A DNA stretch of 45,720 bases from positions 68,412 to 114,131 of the forward strand of contig NC_069009.1 of the NCBI RefSeq assembly GCF_001194135.2, given 5' to 3'. This DNA is from Octopus bimaculoides. Lineage: Eukaryota. Under the pieces are notes generated by a model, which was given only the letters and a program-made list of their open reading frames with translations, searched no databases and was not told the origin of the DNA. Positions 1 to 11,344 of the stretch are shown one piece after another. The position numbers and the translations under genes were made by a program. Within the stretch, counting starts at the first letter, position 1. Every line of letters starts with the position of its first letter.

Positions 1-222
1 GGCCGTTGCCAGTACCGCTGGATTGGCCCTCATGCTGGTGGCACGTAAAAAGCACCCACTACACTCTCAGAGTAGTTGGCGTTTGGAAGGGCATCCAGCT
101 GTAGAAACTCTGCCAGATCAGATTGGAGCCTGGTGCAGCCACCTGGTTTCACCAGTCCTCAGTCAAATCGTCCAACCCATGCTAGCATGGAAAGCGGACG
201 TTAAACGATGATGATGATGATA
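1..222 (+). mobile_element. Family D repeat (SINE-like or LINE 3'UTR-like) with (GAT)n tail
   Basis: Recurrent GGAAGGGCATCCAGCTGTAGAAAC...CCATGCTAGCATGGAAAGCGGACGTTAAAC(GAT)n. No tRNA head seen. Confidence 0.8.
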
Positions 223-623
223 TATATATATATATAGTAGCTGCTTTTTCGTATACGTGCAAAGCCATCACTAGAAAGATTCACTGAAATTAACCATTGA
301 CTATGCAGTACGAGGCTTTTGTATGGGGCCTATTGGGCCTATCAAAAGATTTGCACACTCTATTGCATCATGCATGGCTGTACTGGCTGACAAATGGAGC
401 ATGTCCTACAGTATGAACTCTTTTGACCTAACTTTTAATCCACCAACTGAAAGACACACCTTTCCACAGGCTGCATGTGTTCTGAACAATAGCCATATCA
501 TAATAGTTGAGTCCTGTGAGTTCTCTGATGGCTGACTAGGCTTACATAACTCAAACATTTCCTCCCACACTGATTATGTATGTGTATGTGTGTATGTATA
601 TATATATATATATGTGTGTATGT

Positions 624-954
624 GGAGGTGCAATGGCCCAGTGGTTAGGGCAGCAGACTCGCGGTCATAGGATAGCGGTTTCGATTCCCAGACCGGGCGT
701 TGTGAGTGTTTATTGAGCGAAAACACCTAAAAGCTCCACGAGGCTCCGGCAGGGGATGGTGGCGAACCCTGCTGTACTCTTCCACCACAACTTTCTCTCA
801 CTCTTTCTTCCTGTTTCTGTTGTGCCTGTAATTCAAAGGGTCAGCCTTGTCACACTCTGTGTCACGCTGAATCTTCCCGAGAACTACGTTAAGGGTACAC
901 GTGTCTGTGGAGTGCTCAGCCACTTGCACGTTAATTTCACAAGCAGGCTGTTCC
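624..954 (+). mobile_element. SINE family A (tRNA-Arg-like head), 3' end lost in gap
   Basis: A-box TGGCCCAGTGG, TCG anticodon loop and B-box-like GTTTCGATTCC, followed by a ~320-bp body shared with four other copies. Confidence 0.88.
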
Positions 955-1299
955 NNNNNNNNNNNNNNNNNNNNNNNNNNNNNNNNNNNNNNNNNNNNNN
1001 NNNNNNNNNNNNNNNNNNNNNNNNNNNNNNNNNNNNNNNNNNNNNNNNNNNNNNNNNNNNNNNNNNNNNNNNNNNNNNNNNNNNNNNNNNNNNNNNNNNN
1101 NNNNNNNNNNNNNNNNNNNNNNNNNNNNNNNNNNNNNNNNNNNNNNNNNNNNNNNNNNNNNNNNNNNNNNNNNNNNNNNNNNNNNNNNNNNNNNNNNNNN
1201 NNNNNNNNNNNNNNNNNNNNNNNNNNNNNNNNNNNNNNNNNNNNNNNNNNNNNNNNNNNNNNNNNNNNNNNNNNNNNNNNNNCACACATATATAAGGGC

Positions 1300-1528
1300 A
1301 GTGAGCTGGCAGAACCGTTAGCACGCCAGGTGAAATGCTAAGCAGTACTTCGTCTGCTGTTACATTCTGAGTTCAAATTCCACCGAGGTCAACTTTATTT
1401 TTCATCCTTTCGGGGTTGATTAAATAAGCACCAGTTGCATACTGGGGTCGATGTAATCGACTTAATCCCTTTGTCTGTCCTTGTTTGTCCCCTATATGTT
1501 TAGCCCCTTGTGGGCAATAAAGAAATAT
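1300..1528 (+). mobile_element. SINE family C (Pol III boxes plus Nin/Deu-like central domain)
   Basis: GAGCTGGCAGAA head, B-box GAGTTCAAATTC and central GTCGACTTTGCCTTTCATCCTTTCGGGGTCGATAAATTAAGTACC-type segment resembling the recalled Nin/Deu domain. Confidence 0.82.
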
Positions 1529-1580
1529 ATATTTATATGTATGGCTCAATTGAATAAAAGTTGTTTTTGCTTTATTCCAG

Positions 1581-1696
1581 GTCATCAATGGACTGATGTC
1601 TCGCCCTGACTGGGATCAAGCCCTCAAGATCCCAATTGGTTGTATCCCTGGGGGTTCGGGGAATGCCTTGTGTTGTTCCATCAATTACTCAGCAGG
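1581..1696 (+). CDS. SPHK: Sphingosine kinase, internal coding exon (earlier exons lie outside the window)
   Basis: Acceptor tttattccag|, donor GG|gtaatg. Translates [39 protein letters not shown], matching the SPHK NGL..RPDW and P.GSGNAL motifs. Confidence 0.93.
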
Positions 1697-2059
1697 GTAA
1701 TGTATTCACATTTGTTACTTCATTCTGCTAACCTTAGCTATAACACCAAACACTTCTAATACTACCATCAATTTAGGATATTTTAACCTTTTTGTCACGA
1801 CATCTCTCTTGAAATCCACCGCCTTTGTTTCAATTAACTTCGAGGAATTTAATGAACTAACTTAGTTGTTATTAAGCTTGTGCTGGGAACATAAACTGAT
1901 ATGAAATTTTGATCACTTTAACCCTTTTGTTACCATATTTCTACCATTGCCAATTCTCTGTCCCCCACCCCGCCAGCTCAGTTAACCCTCCTTTTCCTCC
2001 TCCCCCAACACAACCCTTAATTTATCTCAACTCTTGTCTTTTTTTCTCTTTCCCAACAG

Positions 2060-2283
2060 TGAACCTATTCTAGAGAACATGGTTCTTCACTCAACGTTCA
2101 TCCTGATCAAACACCAAGTACTCCCTCTCGATCTGGTGGCCATCCAGACTGTAAACCAATCCATGTACTCCTTCTTATCGGTTACCTGGGGTTTCATTGC
2201 AGACATTGACTATGAGAGTGAAAAATACAGGAAAAGCCTTGGTTCAAAGAGATTTCTCTTTCTCCTAGCACAACGGCTTATTG
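2060..2283 (+). CDS. SPHK: Sphingosine kinase, internal coding exon
   Basis: Acceptor tcccaacag|, donor G|gtaggt; phases 2/1 fit both neighbours. Encodes EPILENMV...LPLDLVAIQ...FLSVTWGFIADIDYESEKYRKSLGSKRF, the SPHK WGFIAD.D.ESEKYR sphingosine-binding motif. Confidence 0.95.
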
Positions 2284-2337
2284 GTAGGTACAATGTTATT
2301 ATTATTATTACTATTATTATTATTATTATTATTATCA

Positions 2338-2560
2338 TTGCCTTTGTACAGCTTCTAATGCTGGAGATGTACTACAGTGTCAGCTGTTCACTACCAGTGA
2401 ACTAAAGTAACACCTCTTATTTTTCTGGAGTATTCGGGTGGTTCCAAGCAATGCTGTTTTCTGCAAGTGCTCCACCCTTATTGCAGCCCCTATTGGTTCC
2501 ACGTACTTCTCAAGATTTTTACTCACTGTTCCCAGGGCTCCGACAATTAGAAGCCCAGTC
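2338..2560 (-). mobile_element. 5'-truncated R4/Dong-like non-LTR retrotransposon 3' end
   Basis: IVGALGTVSKNLEKYVEPIGAAIRVEHLQKTALLGTTRIL resembles the C-terminus after the restriction-like endonuclease. Followed by a short UTR and (TAA)n at about 2295-2337. Confidence 0.75.
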
Positions 2561-3235
2561 ATATGCATACATGTGTGTGTGTGTGTGTGTGTGTGTAGTG
2601 TGTGTCTGTGTGTGTGTTTGCCCCCTGCTACCGCTTTACAACCAGTGTTGGTTTGTTTACGTCCCTGCAACTTAGCAATTTTGGCAAAAAAAGAACTGAT
2701 ATAGTGAGTACCAGGTTTAAAAAAAAACAAATCGATTTGTTGAACTAAAAATTCTTCTCAGCGGTGCCCCAGCATGGCCACAGTCTAATGACTGAAACAA
2801 GTAAAAAAAAAAAAGAGACACACAAACACACACACACACACAAGTGCGTGTGTGTGTGTATAGTGATTATGGTGATGATGATGAGGACAATGATGATGAT
2901 GATGGTGGTGGTGGGGATTGGTGATAATGATGGAGATGGTGGTGGTGGTGGTGATCTTAAAGAGGTGATTGTGGTGACGAAGTGATGAGGACCGTGAGAA
3001 GGAGGAGGGAAGTGGAGGTAAGAAACCAACCTTTCGTTACTGTAAAGGTTAAATGCTGCAACTACGATCTAAAGACATATATATACGCGTGTGTGTACGT
3101 ATATATATGTGTGTATGTATATATATATATAAAAACATGTATTTATATATATATATGCATATATACATGTATTTATATTTATATATATATATATAAATAT
3201 ATATATATGTATCTATATATATATGTATGTATGTA

Positions 3236-3277
<42 letters not shown>

Positions 3278-4353
3278 ATATATGTATGTATATATGTATA
3301 TATATATGTATTTATATATGTATATATATATGAATGTATGTATATATGTATATATATGTATATATATATATGTGTGTGTATATATATATTATATATATAT
3401 GTGGATATTTATTTATGTATATATATATGTATGTATATATATATATTATATATATATGTATGTATATATATGTTATATATATNNNNNNNNNNNNNNNNNN
3501 NNNNNNNNNNNNNNNNNNNNNNNNNNNNNNNNNNNNNNNNNNNNNNNNNNNNNNNNNNNNNNNNNNNNNNNNNNNNNNNNNNNNNNNNNNNNNNNNNNNN
3601 NNNNNNNNNNNNNNNNNNNNNNNNNNNNNNNNNNNNNNNNNNNNNNNNNNNNNNNNNNNNNNNNNNNNNNNNNNNNNNNNNNNNNNNNNNNNNNNNNNNN
3701 NNNNNNNNNNNNNNNNNNNNNNNNNNNNNNNNNNNNNNNNNNNNNNNNNNNNNNNNNNNNNNNNNNNNNNNNNNNNNNNNNNNNNNNNNNNNNNNNNNNN
3801 NNNNNNNNNNNNNNNNNNNNNNNNNNNNNNNNNNNNNNNNNNNNNNNNNNNNNNNNNNNNNNNNNNNNNNNNNNNNNNNNNNNNNNNNNNNNNNNNNNNN
3901 NNNNNNNNNNNNNNNNNNNNNNNNNNNNNNNNNNNNNNNNNNNNNNNNNNNNNNNNNNNNNNNNNNNNNNNNNNNNNNNNNNNNNNNNNNNNNNNNNNNN
4001 NNNNNNNNNNNNNNNNNNNNNNNNNNNNNATGTGTGCTGGTATGAAGCTTATGTATGCACACATGTACACTGATGTTCAGACGCAAAGAAAATATCCATA
4101 TGTTATACATGCATGTACACATGTATACGCATACATACACACACTCGTACATATATGTACACGCATGCAAGTGTGTATGCACATGCACACATACACATAC
4201 ACACACGCATCTATTTGCTTGCAGACATACACATAGATACATATATCCACAAACACACACATGCATATATGTACACACACACATACACAAACACAAGTAT
4301 ACATATATACATACATACATGCATACACATATATATATATGTATGGATGTATG

Positions 4354-4384
<31 letters not shown>

Positions 4385-4800
4385 TTGTGTGTGTTCTGTA
4401 CACACCTAGTACTAAGCATACACATAGCACATATTTTGACTCAAGCACACGCACGCACACACTCACACACATGCACGCACACAGTTAGCCGGAGGAGGTA
4501 GACAGCAGTAATAGTGGTGGTGGTGGTGGCGGCGGCGGCAGTGGTGGTGGTGGTGGTGGTAGTAGTGTGAGGAGGAGGAGGGGGGGAGAAGGCGGAGGTG
4601 TCCCTGACCTCTGTCTTCCATCAACACATAACTTAAACTAAAGCTTCATCCTAATTGTGATGTCACAGGGTAGAGAGGCAGGTAGTGGTAGCGGTGGAGA
4701 AGGTCGTTGTTTATTGCGATGATGATTATTATCATTATTATTTATTGTTATTGTTGTTATTATTATTATTGTTATTACTGTCATGATTGTCATCATCATC
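2560..4800. repeat. Compound microsatellites (TG)n, (GAT/GGT)n, (TA)n, (CA)n, (ATT)n
   Basis: Read directly. Similar fields lie at about 19080-21840, 28500-29000 and 33340-34220. Confidence 0.9.
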
Positions 4801-6097
4801 ATCATCATCATCAGTAGATCGGCGAGCTGGCAGAATTGTCAGCACGCCTGGAGGAAATGCTTTGCAGCGCTTCTTTCAGTTCTTTGCAACCAAGTGGTGC
4901 TTCTCCTGAAGGCTCACGGGTGTTGTTGCCAAATAACAAGCACTCATGCCAGTGCGACATGGTGGCACATAATAGCGCCTGTGTCAGTGCCATGCAAAAA
5001 GCACCCAGTACACTCGGTGAAGTGGCTGGCATTGGGAAGGGCATCCAGCCATAGAAACCATACCAACGCAGACCTCACTGGTGTTGGTGCCACATAAAAA
5101 GCACCCAGTACACTCTGTAAAGTGGATGGTGTTAGGAAGGGCATCCAGCCATAGAAGCCACACCAAAGCAGACCTCACTGGTGCTAGTGTCACATAAAAA
5201 GCACCCAGTACACTCCGCTGAGTGGTTGACATTAGGAAGGGCATCCAGCCATAGAAACCATGCCAGAACAGACAGGAGGTACCTGGTGCAGCTCTCCAGC
5301 TTATCACCACCTGTCAAACCGTCCAACCCATGCCAGCATGGGAAACGGATGTTAAGTAACGACGATGATGATGATGGTGACGACGAAGATGACAACGATG
5401 ATGATGATGATAATAATGAAGAGGATTCTCAGGAATTCCCTTACAATTTTATTTTCTACTGAAAACCACTTTTGTCTCCCCTTTTCCCCATGTACGACCC
5501 CTCATTTTTCCAACGGGGCCCACCCCTATCACCCTTGTTCATCTCTTACAGTTTCCACCCTTATGTACCTCTGACTTCATCTCTGGCACTGTTTTTTTTC
5601 TTGCACTCCCCCCTACGTATTCCACATCGTCATTGCTGCAACCTATTACCTCCCTTACCCACTCATTCTTCCGCCGCCTTCCACGTCTTACTGTCCTTAA
5701 AAAAGAACGACACATTAAATAGCATAGTCCAAGGTACACAATGACAAAAAAAGGCAAAAAAGAAAAATGACATCGCGGCTAGGATATCAATAAAAACAAC
5801 CACATCACGAAACAAATATTTAAAAAAAAACAACTTTCAAATTATTTGATAGCCAAAGGGAGATAACTGCTTTATAATGAATAAAGGGAGATCACTGCTA
5901 CAACGACTTCGACAAAAAAAAATCAGTTAATTAGATTTATTCGTCGATATAATTAACATTGTACTTGTTTTATCGTCCCCCCGAAAGGATGAAAGGCAAA
6001 GTCAACCTCAGTGGAATTTGAACTCAGAATGTAGTGACTTGCGAAATACCGCTGTGCATTGCATCCAGTGAGATAACAATTCTTAGTAATAATAATG

Positions 6098-6129
<32 letters not shown>

Positions 6130-6311
6130 CCTTCCTGCGATAGGGACAAGGCCTGAAATTTTGGGGAAAGGGATAGTTGATGACATCGACCCCAGTATGC
6201 AACTGGTACTTAATTTATTGATACCCAAAAGGATGAAAGGCAGAATTTGAACTCAGAATGTTTTGATGGGTGAAATATTGCTAAGCATTTTGTCCTGCCA
6301 GATAACCAACT

Positions 6312-6615
6312 CGAATGTGGAATCTAAAAACAGAAACAATTCCTATCATAGTAGGTGCCTTAGGTATAATAAAAAAATATTCAGACAAATACGTAACAAA
6401 AACACCAGGACTTACAAATATATATAACATACAGAAAATTGCACTACTGGGCACTGCACACATCCTACGCAAAACACTTTCAATACAGTAACCATAAGAG
6501 CACCACAGCAAACCACAGCACATACGCAAGGCACACAGAGCTGCGCTCAATAGTGAAGTGAAAGCACGTTATAAAAATAAAACTACCGAATAATAATAAT
6601 AATAATAATAATAAT
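6312..6615 (+). mobile_element. 5'-truncated R4/Dong-like element 3' end (second subfamily)
   Basis: RMWNLKTETIPIIVGALGIIKKYSDKY...IQKIALLGTAHILRKTLSIQ* (6312-6491), a distinct ~100-nt UTR, then (TAA)n. Confidence 0.8.
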
Positions 6616-6672
6616 GATGTTAATTAATTAGATTTTTCAACCTTCACTCATGCCTTGTTCTGTATTTTTCAG

Positions 6673-7667
6673 ATTTACGTTCATATCGAGGACGTCTCTC
6701 ATTTATCCCAATAACAGCCTTCAAGGACAGCACAGATGGTGAGGGCGGAAATGTCCGCAAGCTGTCCCGCTTTGCATTCGACATCAACCCAGGTAGTAGG
6801 TCGAGTCTAGACGACAGTTCGAGCATGGACGAAGGGGTCACGTGGTCGTCGAGCTCCATGTCGACAGAGGGCAACACGTGCATAAAGCGCTCTGCAACGA
6901 TGTCGGAAGGTTGCAGCGTGAAAGCGAAGCAAGAATGCTCCGACGTCGGATCCAAGAACACGCGGCACTGTTCCGAGACGAACCTCTCTTTCGAGGAATC
7001 GACGAGGAGTAGTCACCGAGACCTGAGTTTCAATTCTTGCTCCGACATAACCAACTCTCCGTACCTCATCGACGACGGCAAAGAAAACAACTGCGACCAG
7101 ATGGAGCACGCGGACTCATCTACATTCCGAACCGCTAACTACAGCGACAACAAAGCAGGTTTCCCTTTAGAAAACAATGACTCGATTCGCTGGAAGAGCC
7201 AGCAAATGGTGACGGCAGACAACGTGGTAATCCAAGAAGAGACCCTAACTGCGCGTAAGAACGTAGGGTGCCCAGTTCCGACACCACTGCTCCCTCCCTT
7301 ACACGAACCCCTCCCCGACAACTGGGTTGTGATCGAAGATGACTTTGTGCTATTGTCTGCCTCGTACCAGACACATTTGGGGCCTGATTTCCTCAGCGCT
7401 CCCGACAGCCGTTTCAACGACGGTATTATCCATTTACATTTTATTCGGACTGGTATTTCAAGGAATGCACTTTTCAAATTGTTTCTCTCTGTGGAGGACG
7501 GTTCCCATCTTGACTCACCTTTCGTGGAATCAATCAAGGTATTGGCGTTCCGGCTGGAACCTCTAGACAAGGCTGGGAACATTATGGTTGATGGGGAACA
7601 TATAGAATATGGTCCGATTCAGGGACAGGTTTTGCCTGGAATTGCTAAAATTATGGGTATTCAATAA
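6673..7667 (+). CDS. SPHK: Sphingosine kinase, last coding exon with long central insert
   Basis: Acceptor tgtatttttcag|, phase 1. Starts DLRSYRGRLSFIP and is in frame with ORF 6825-7667. C-terminus LPDNWVVIEDDFVL...HLGPD...APDSRFNDGIIHL...AFRLEPL...VDGEHIEYGPIQGQVLPG. Stop TAA at 7665-7667. Confidence 0.95.
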
Positions 7668-7740
7668 AAAAAAATAAAAAGTTCAAAAAAAGAAAAACAA
7701 AATTAAAAAAGGTACGATTAATTACAGGAGTGAAAATAAA
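7663..7740 (+). promoter_or_regulatory. Candidate poly(A) signals of SPHK
   Basis: AATAAA overlapping the stop codon (7663-7668) and again near 7673 and 7735; which one is used is unknown. Confidence 0.3.
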
Positions 7741-8922
7741 ATTTTAAAAAAATATACAAAAACAAATAGCAAAAGACAAAAAAACTCACAAATTCCACCA
7801 AAAACAAATAGCAAAAGACAAAAAAAACTCACAAATTCCACCAAAACCAAAATCTTGGTTCTTCCAGAAGTCTTTCTGACATTAATTTCAGCTTATTGTG
7901 TGTGTATATGTGTACAGGCGTATGTGTGTGAAAGTGTGTGTATGGAAATTTATGCATATATATATATATATATATAGTCATTATGAGGGTATTTAAACCA
8001 CTTAACGGAATATTTTATCCAAGGTACACTGGTTTAATATTTTGTATTTTGAAGAGATATTTCTTCAATGAATATATTATATAAAATATTGCGAAATATC
8101 AAATGTTATTATTGAGTTAGAAAACAGAGAGATGTAATGAATACAAATTAATTAATTAATTAATATATTCACTTCCAATTGTTTCATTACATAAACAAAA
8201 TTAAAACAAAACATATATAATTTTGTCTGTGAAAATGAAACAGTTGTAGGTGGATATGTTAATGAATTAGTAAATTAATTTGTATGCATTAGATCGCTCT
8301 GTTTTCTGAATATATATACATATATGTATATATAAATATATATATATATATATGTGTGTGTATATGTATGTATGTATGTATGAGTATTTATGTGTATATG
8401 TATGNNNNNNNNNNNNNNNNNNNNNNNNNNNNNNNNNNNNNNNNNNNNNNNNNNNNNNNNNNNNNNNNNNNNNNNNNNNNNNNNNNNNNNNNNNNNNNNN
8501 NNNNCAAGCCACATAGAGAACATTTTCCTTCATCAGCTACCCCAGTTTTAACACAGGCGTTTCGAAGAGATATAGGGAGAGAGAGAGACAGACAGACTGA
8601 TAATTAGATAGATAGATAGAAGGATAGATAGATAGATAGATAGATAAAGAGAGAGAGGGGGAGAAACAGGCAGACAGACAGACAGGTAAATAAAGCCCTT
8701 CCGTCGTGTGTCCCGCCTACCAAATTCCTCCTCCTCCCGACAGGTAAAAACCGAAATCTAAAAATATTACAGTATATATAGAAAAAAAACAAACAAAATG
8801 CAGTAATTGCAATTTGTTTCTTTAGCGACATCAATTACAGCGACATTGTTCGAAAATTTTGCTTTGAGCAAGAGAGAGGCTGCTGTAGCAGTTATGTCCC
8901 TTGGCTCACACGGTACGTCTGT

Positions 8923-9306
8923 ACTCTTTTACACGTTTCAGGCATTTTGACTGCGGCCATGCTGGAGCACCACCTTTAGTCGAGCAAATCGACCCCGGGA
9001 CTTATTCTTTGGAAGCCTCGTACTTATTCTATCGGTCTCTTTTTGCCGAACCACTAAGTGACGGGGACGTAAACACACCAGCATCGGTTGTCAAGCAATG
9101 TTAGGGGGGGACAAACACACACATATATATATATACATATATACGACGGGCTTCTTTCAGTTTCTGTCTACCAAATCCACTCACAAGGCTTTGGTCAGCC
9201 CAAGGCTATAGGAGAAGACACTTTCCCAAGGTGCCACGCAGTGGGACTGAACCCGGAACCATGTGGTTGGTAAGCAAGCTACTTACCACACAGCCACTCC
9301 TGTGTC
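8923..9306 (-). mobile_element. SINE family B (tRNA head plus CORE-like segment), full length
   Basis: A-box TGGCTGTGTGG, B-box GGTTCAGTCCC, CORE-like CCTTGGGCAAG, internal (TA/CA)n and an (AAAAGAGT)-type tail. Resembles the octopus CORE-SINE OR2 as recalled; unverified. Confidence 0.85.
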
Positions 9307-9314
9307 TATCTTTT

Positions 9315-10275
9315 CTGACTGGCTTTCAGTCGTTTGTTTGACTACGGTCATGCTGGAGCACTGCCTTGGAGCAAACTCGACGCTAGAATTTATTTTTTAA
9401 GTCTATACTTATTCTATCAGATCTTTTGCCGAACCGCTATATTACGGCGGATGTAAACACAGCAACACCAGTTGTCAAGCGGTGATGATGGGGGTTGAGT
9501 GGGGGGCCAAACACGTCGGTTCTCTGCGGCTGCCCACGCTGGTGCTACTTCGCTCATTTCCTTTTCCTCTGCCCGTAGGGGCCCCTCGGCCGTTGACGCC
9601 ACTTGCCCTTTCCTTCCAGTTCACTTCACCCCCACAGATACATATATAGTTATTATACGACAGGCTTCTTTCAGTTTCCGTCTACTATATCCACACACAA
9701 GGCTTTTGTTGGCCTGAGGCTATAATAGAAGACATTTTTGCCCAAGGTGCCATGCAGTGGGACTGAACTTAGAACCATGTGATTGGGAAGCAACCTTCTT
9801 ACCATACAGACATTAGTTTAGTGCTTAGGGTGTTGCACTCACAATGATCATGATTTCAATTCCTACACCGGGTGGTACCGTGTGTGGTACACCATGCACC
9901 TGCACAGGTAACTTGGATCTGATGATGAAGACAATATATATGACGGGCTTCTTTCAGTTTCCATCTACCAAATCCACTCAGAAGGCTTTGGTTTGCCTAA
10001 GACTATAGAAGAAGGCACTTGTCCAAGGTGCTACACAGTGGGACTGAACCTGGACTCGTGTGATTGGGAAGTAAACTTTTTATTACTGAGCTACACCTGT
10101 GCCTCTCGCTACATATGATTCTCTCAGTTTCCGTATACCAAATCCGCTCACAAAGGCTTCGGTCGGCCTGAGACTATAGAGGAAAACACTTGCCTAAGGT
10201 GCCACATGGTGGGACTGAACATGGAACCATGTGGTTTAGAAGTAAACCTCTTACCACACAGCCACACCTGTGCCT
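9315..10275 (-). mobile_element. Cluster of partial family B SINEs
   Basis: Partial copies at about 9315-9480, 9655-9810, 9940-10100 and 10120-10270, all on the minus strand. Confidence 0.8.
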
Positions 10276-10397
10276 CATATCATATGCATCTAACCCATGC
10301 AAACATTAAGAAAAAAAAAAGGCATAAAAATAAATGAATTAAAGACAGAATCTTTGAATTCCATAGGATTCCTTACAGTTTCCGTCTAGTAACAAAA

Positions 10398-10403
10398 TTT
10401 ATT
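10398..10403 (-). promoter_or_regulatory. Candidate poly(A) signal of MRPL1
   Basis: AATAAA on the minus strand about 165 nt after the stop codon; position only. Confidence 0.4.
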
Positions 10404-10568
10404 TAACATTTTTCAACACCTCACCTTCCATCAAAATACAAAACTTTTCACAAGTCATTCAAACAGAACTGGCCACCACCACTGACAATGTATGTCAGTT
10501 CTGTCCATCAACGACAGTCCTGAATGACCAAATACCAAGGGTCAGTTTATACCCAATGACTGTCCAAC

Positions 10569-10804
10569 TCAGTTCACTGTTGACCTATCTTTGCTGTCAT
10601 CGTTGTCATCATCGCTATCCTCATCCTTCTCGTCCTTCCTCCCTTCCTCTTCTTCATCTTCCATTCCCTTTGTTTTCATTGTCGTTGATGTCTCCTCCGC
10701 CTTTTTCTCGGGTACACCATATCCAGGTACGTACTTCTGCACCTGAACGTGAAACACTTCCTCAGATGGTGGAGCAATGATTTTCACATTGGTAATGAAA
10801 GGTT
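10569..10804 (-). CDS. MRPL1: MRPL1 exon 9 (last coding exon)
   Basis: Acceptor cttttcactttaacag|, phase 1. KPFITNVKIIAPPSEEVFHVQVQKYVPGYG is followed by an acidic tail and TGA at 10571-10569. The nine exons sum to 1146 nt, one open frame of 381 aa. Confidence 0.88.
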
Positions 10805-11014
10805 CTGTTAAAGTGAAAAGCACAAGTAGAGTACAGGGATACAAAAGCGGTTCAGGGGCAGCAGTCATTGTTACAGAGGGGACAGTGAAGCTAACAATGC
10901 AATTAATAGCAAAAAGGACACAAAAGAGGTACACTAGTGTGCATATTAAGTATATCAGAAAAAAAGTCATTACATAGGTACAATAGGAGAAGTATACAGA
11001 AGAGTAGAGTAGAA

Positions 11015-11245
11015 AGACGGCGAGCTGGCAGAAATGTTAGCATGCCAGGCGAAATGCTTAGCGGTATTTCGTCTGCCGTTACGTTCTGAGTTCAAATTCC
11101 GATGAGGTCGACTTTGCCTTTCATCCTTTCGGGATCGATAAATTAAGTACCAGTTATGCACTAGGGTCTATGTAATCGACTTAATCCCTCTGTCTGTCCT
11201 TGTTTGTCCCCTCTATGTTTAGCCCCTTGTGGGCGATAAAGAAAT
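11015..11245 (+). mobile_element. SINE family C in MRPL1 intron 8 with 15-bp TSD
   Basis: AAGAGTAGAGTAGAA (11000-11014) and AAGAGTACAGTAGAA (11246-11260), one mismatch. Confidence 0.9.
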
Positions 11246-11344
11246 AAGAGTACAGTAGAAGAGACAATAGCAACTCTATAATGCAGTCAAAGGAATACAT
11301 ATGTACACTGTGAGAGTACCAAAAGCCAAATATAATCTACGTAC

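Noticed and set aside
323-535. 70-aa ORF as a possible upstream SPHK exon
   Set aside because: It has no SPHK motifs. The antisense ACGKVCLSVGGLK faintly resembles a LINE C-terminal Cys/His motif but is too weak to call.
624-698. Apparent tRNA-Arg(TCG) gene
   Set aside because: The acceptor and T stems do not pair properly, there is no terminator, and the sequence runs into a multicopy body. It is a SINE head, as are the family B heads.
4996-5260. Regularly spaced repeats suggesting a CRISPR-like array (also 23777-24497)
   Set aside because: The spacers are themselves repeated (whole-unit tandem duplication), the context is eukaryotic and there are no cas genes.
6807-7582. Antisense ORFs overlapping the SPHK last exon (6807-7109, 7139-7582)
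   Set aside because: They are shadows of a GC-richer coding strand with no recognisable motifs or splice support.
7757-7846. ~43-bp tandem duplication after the SPHK stop codon
   Set aside because: An A-rich slippage duplication with no structural or functional clue.
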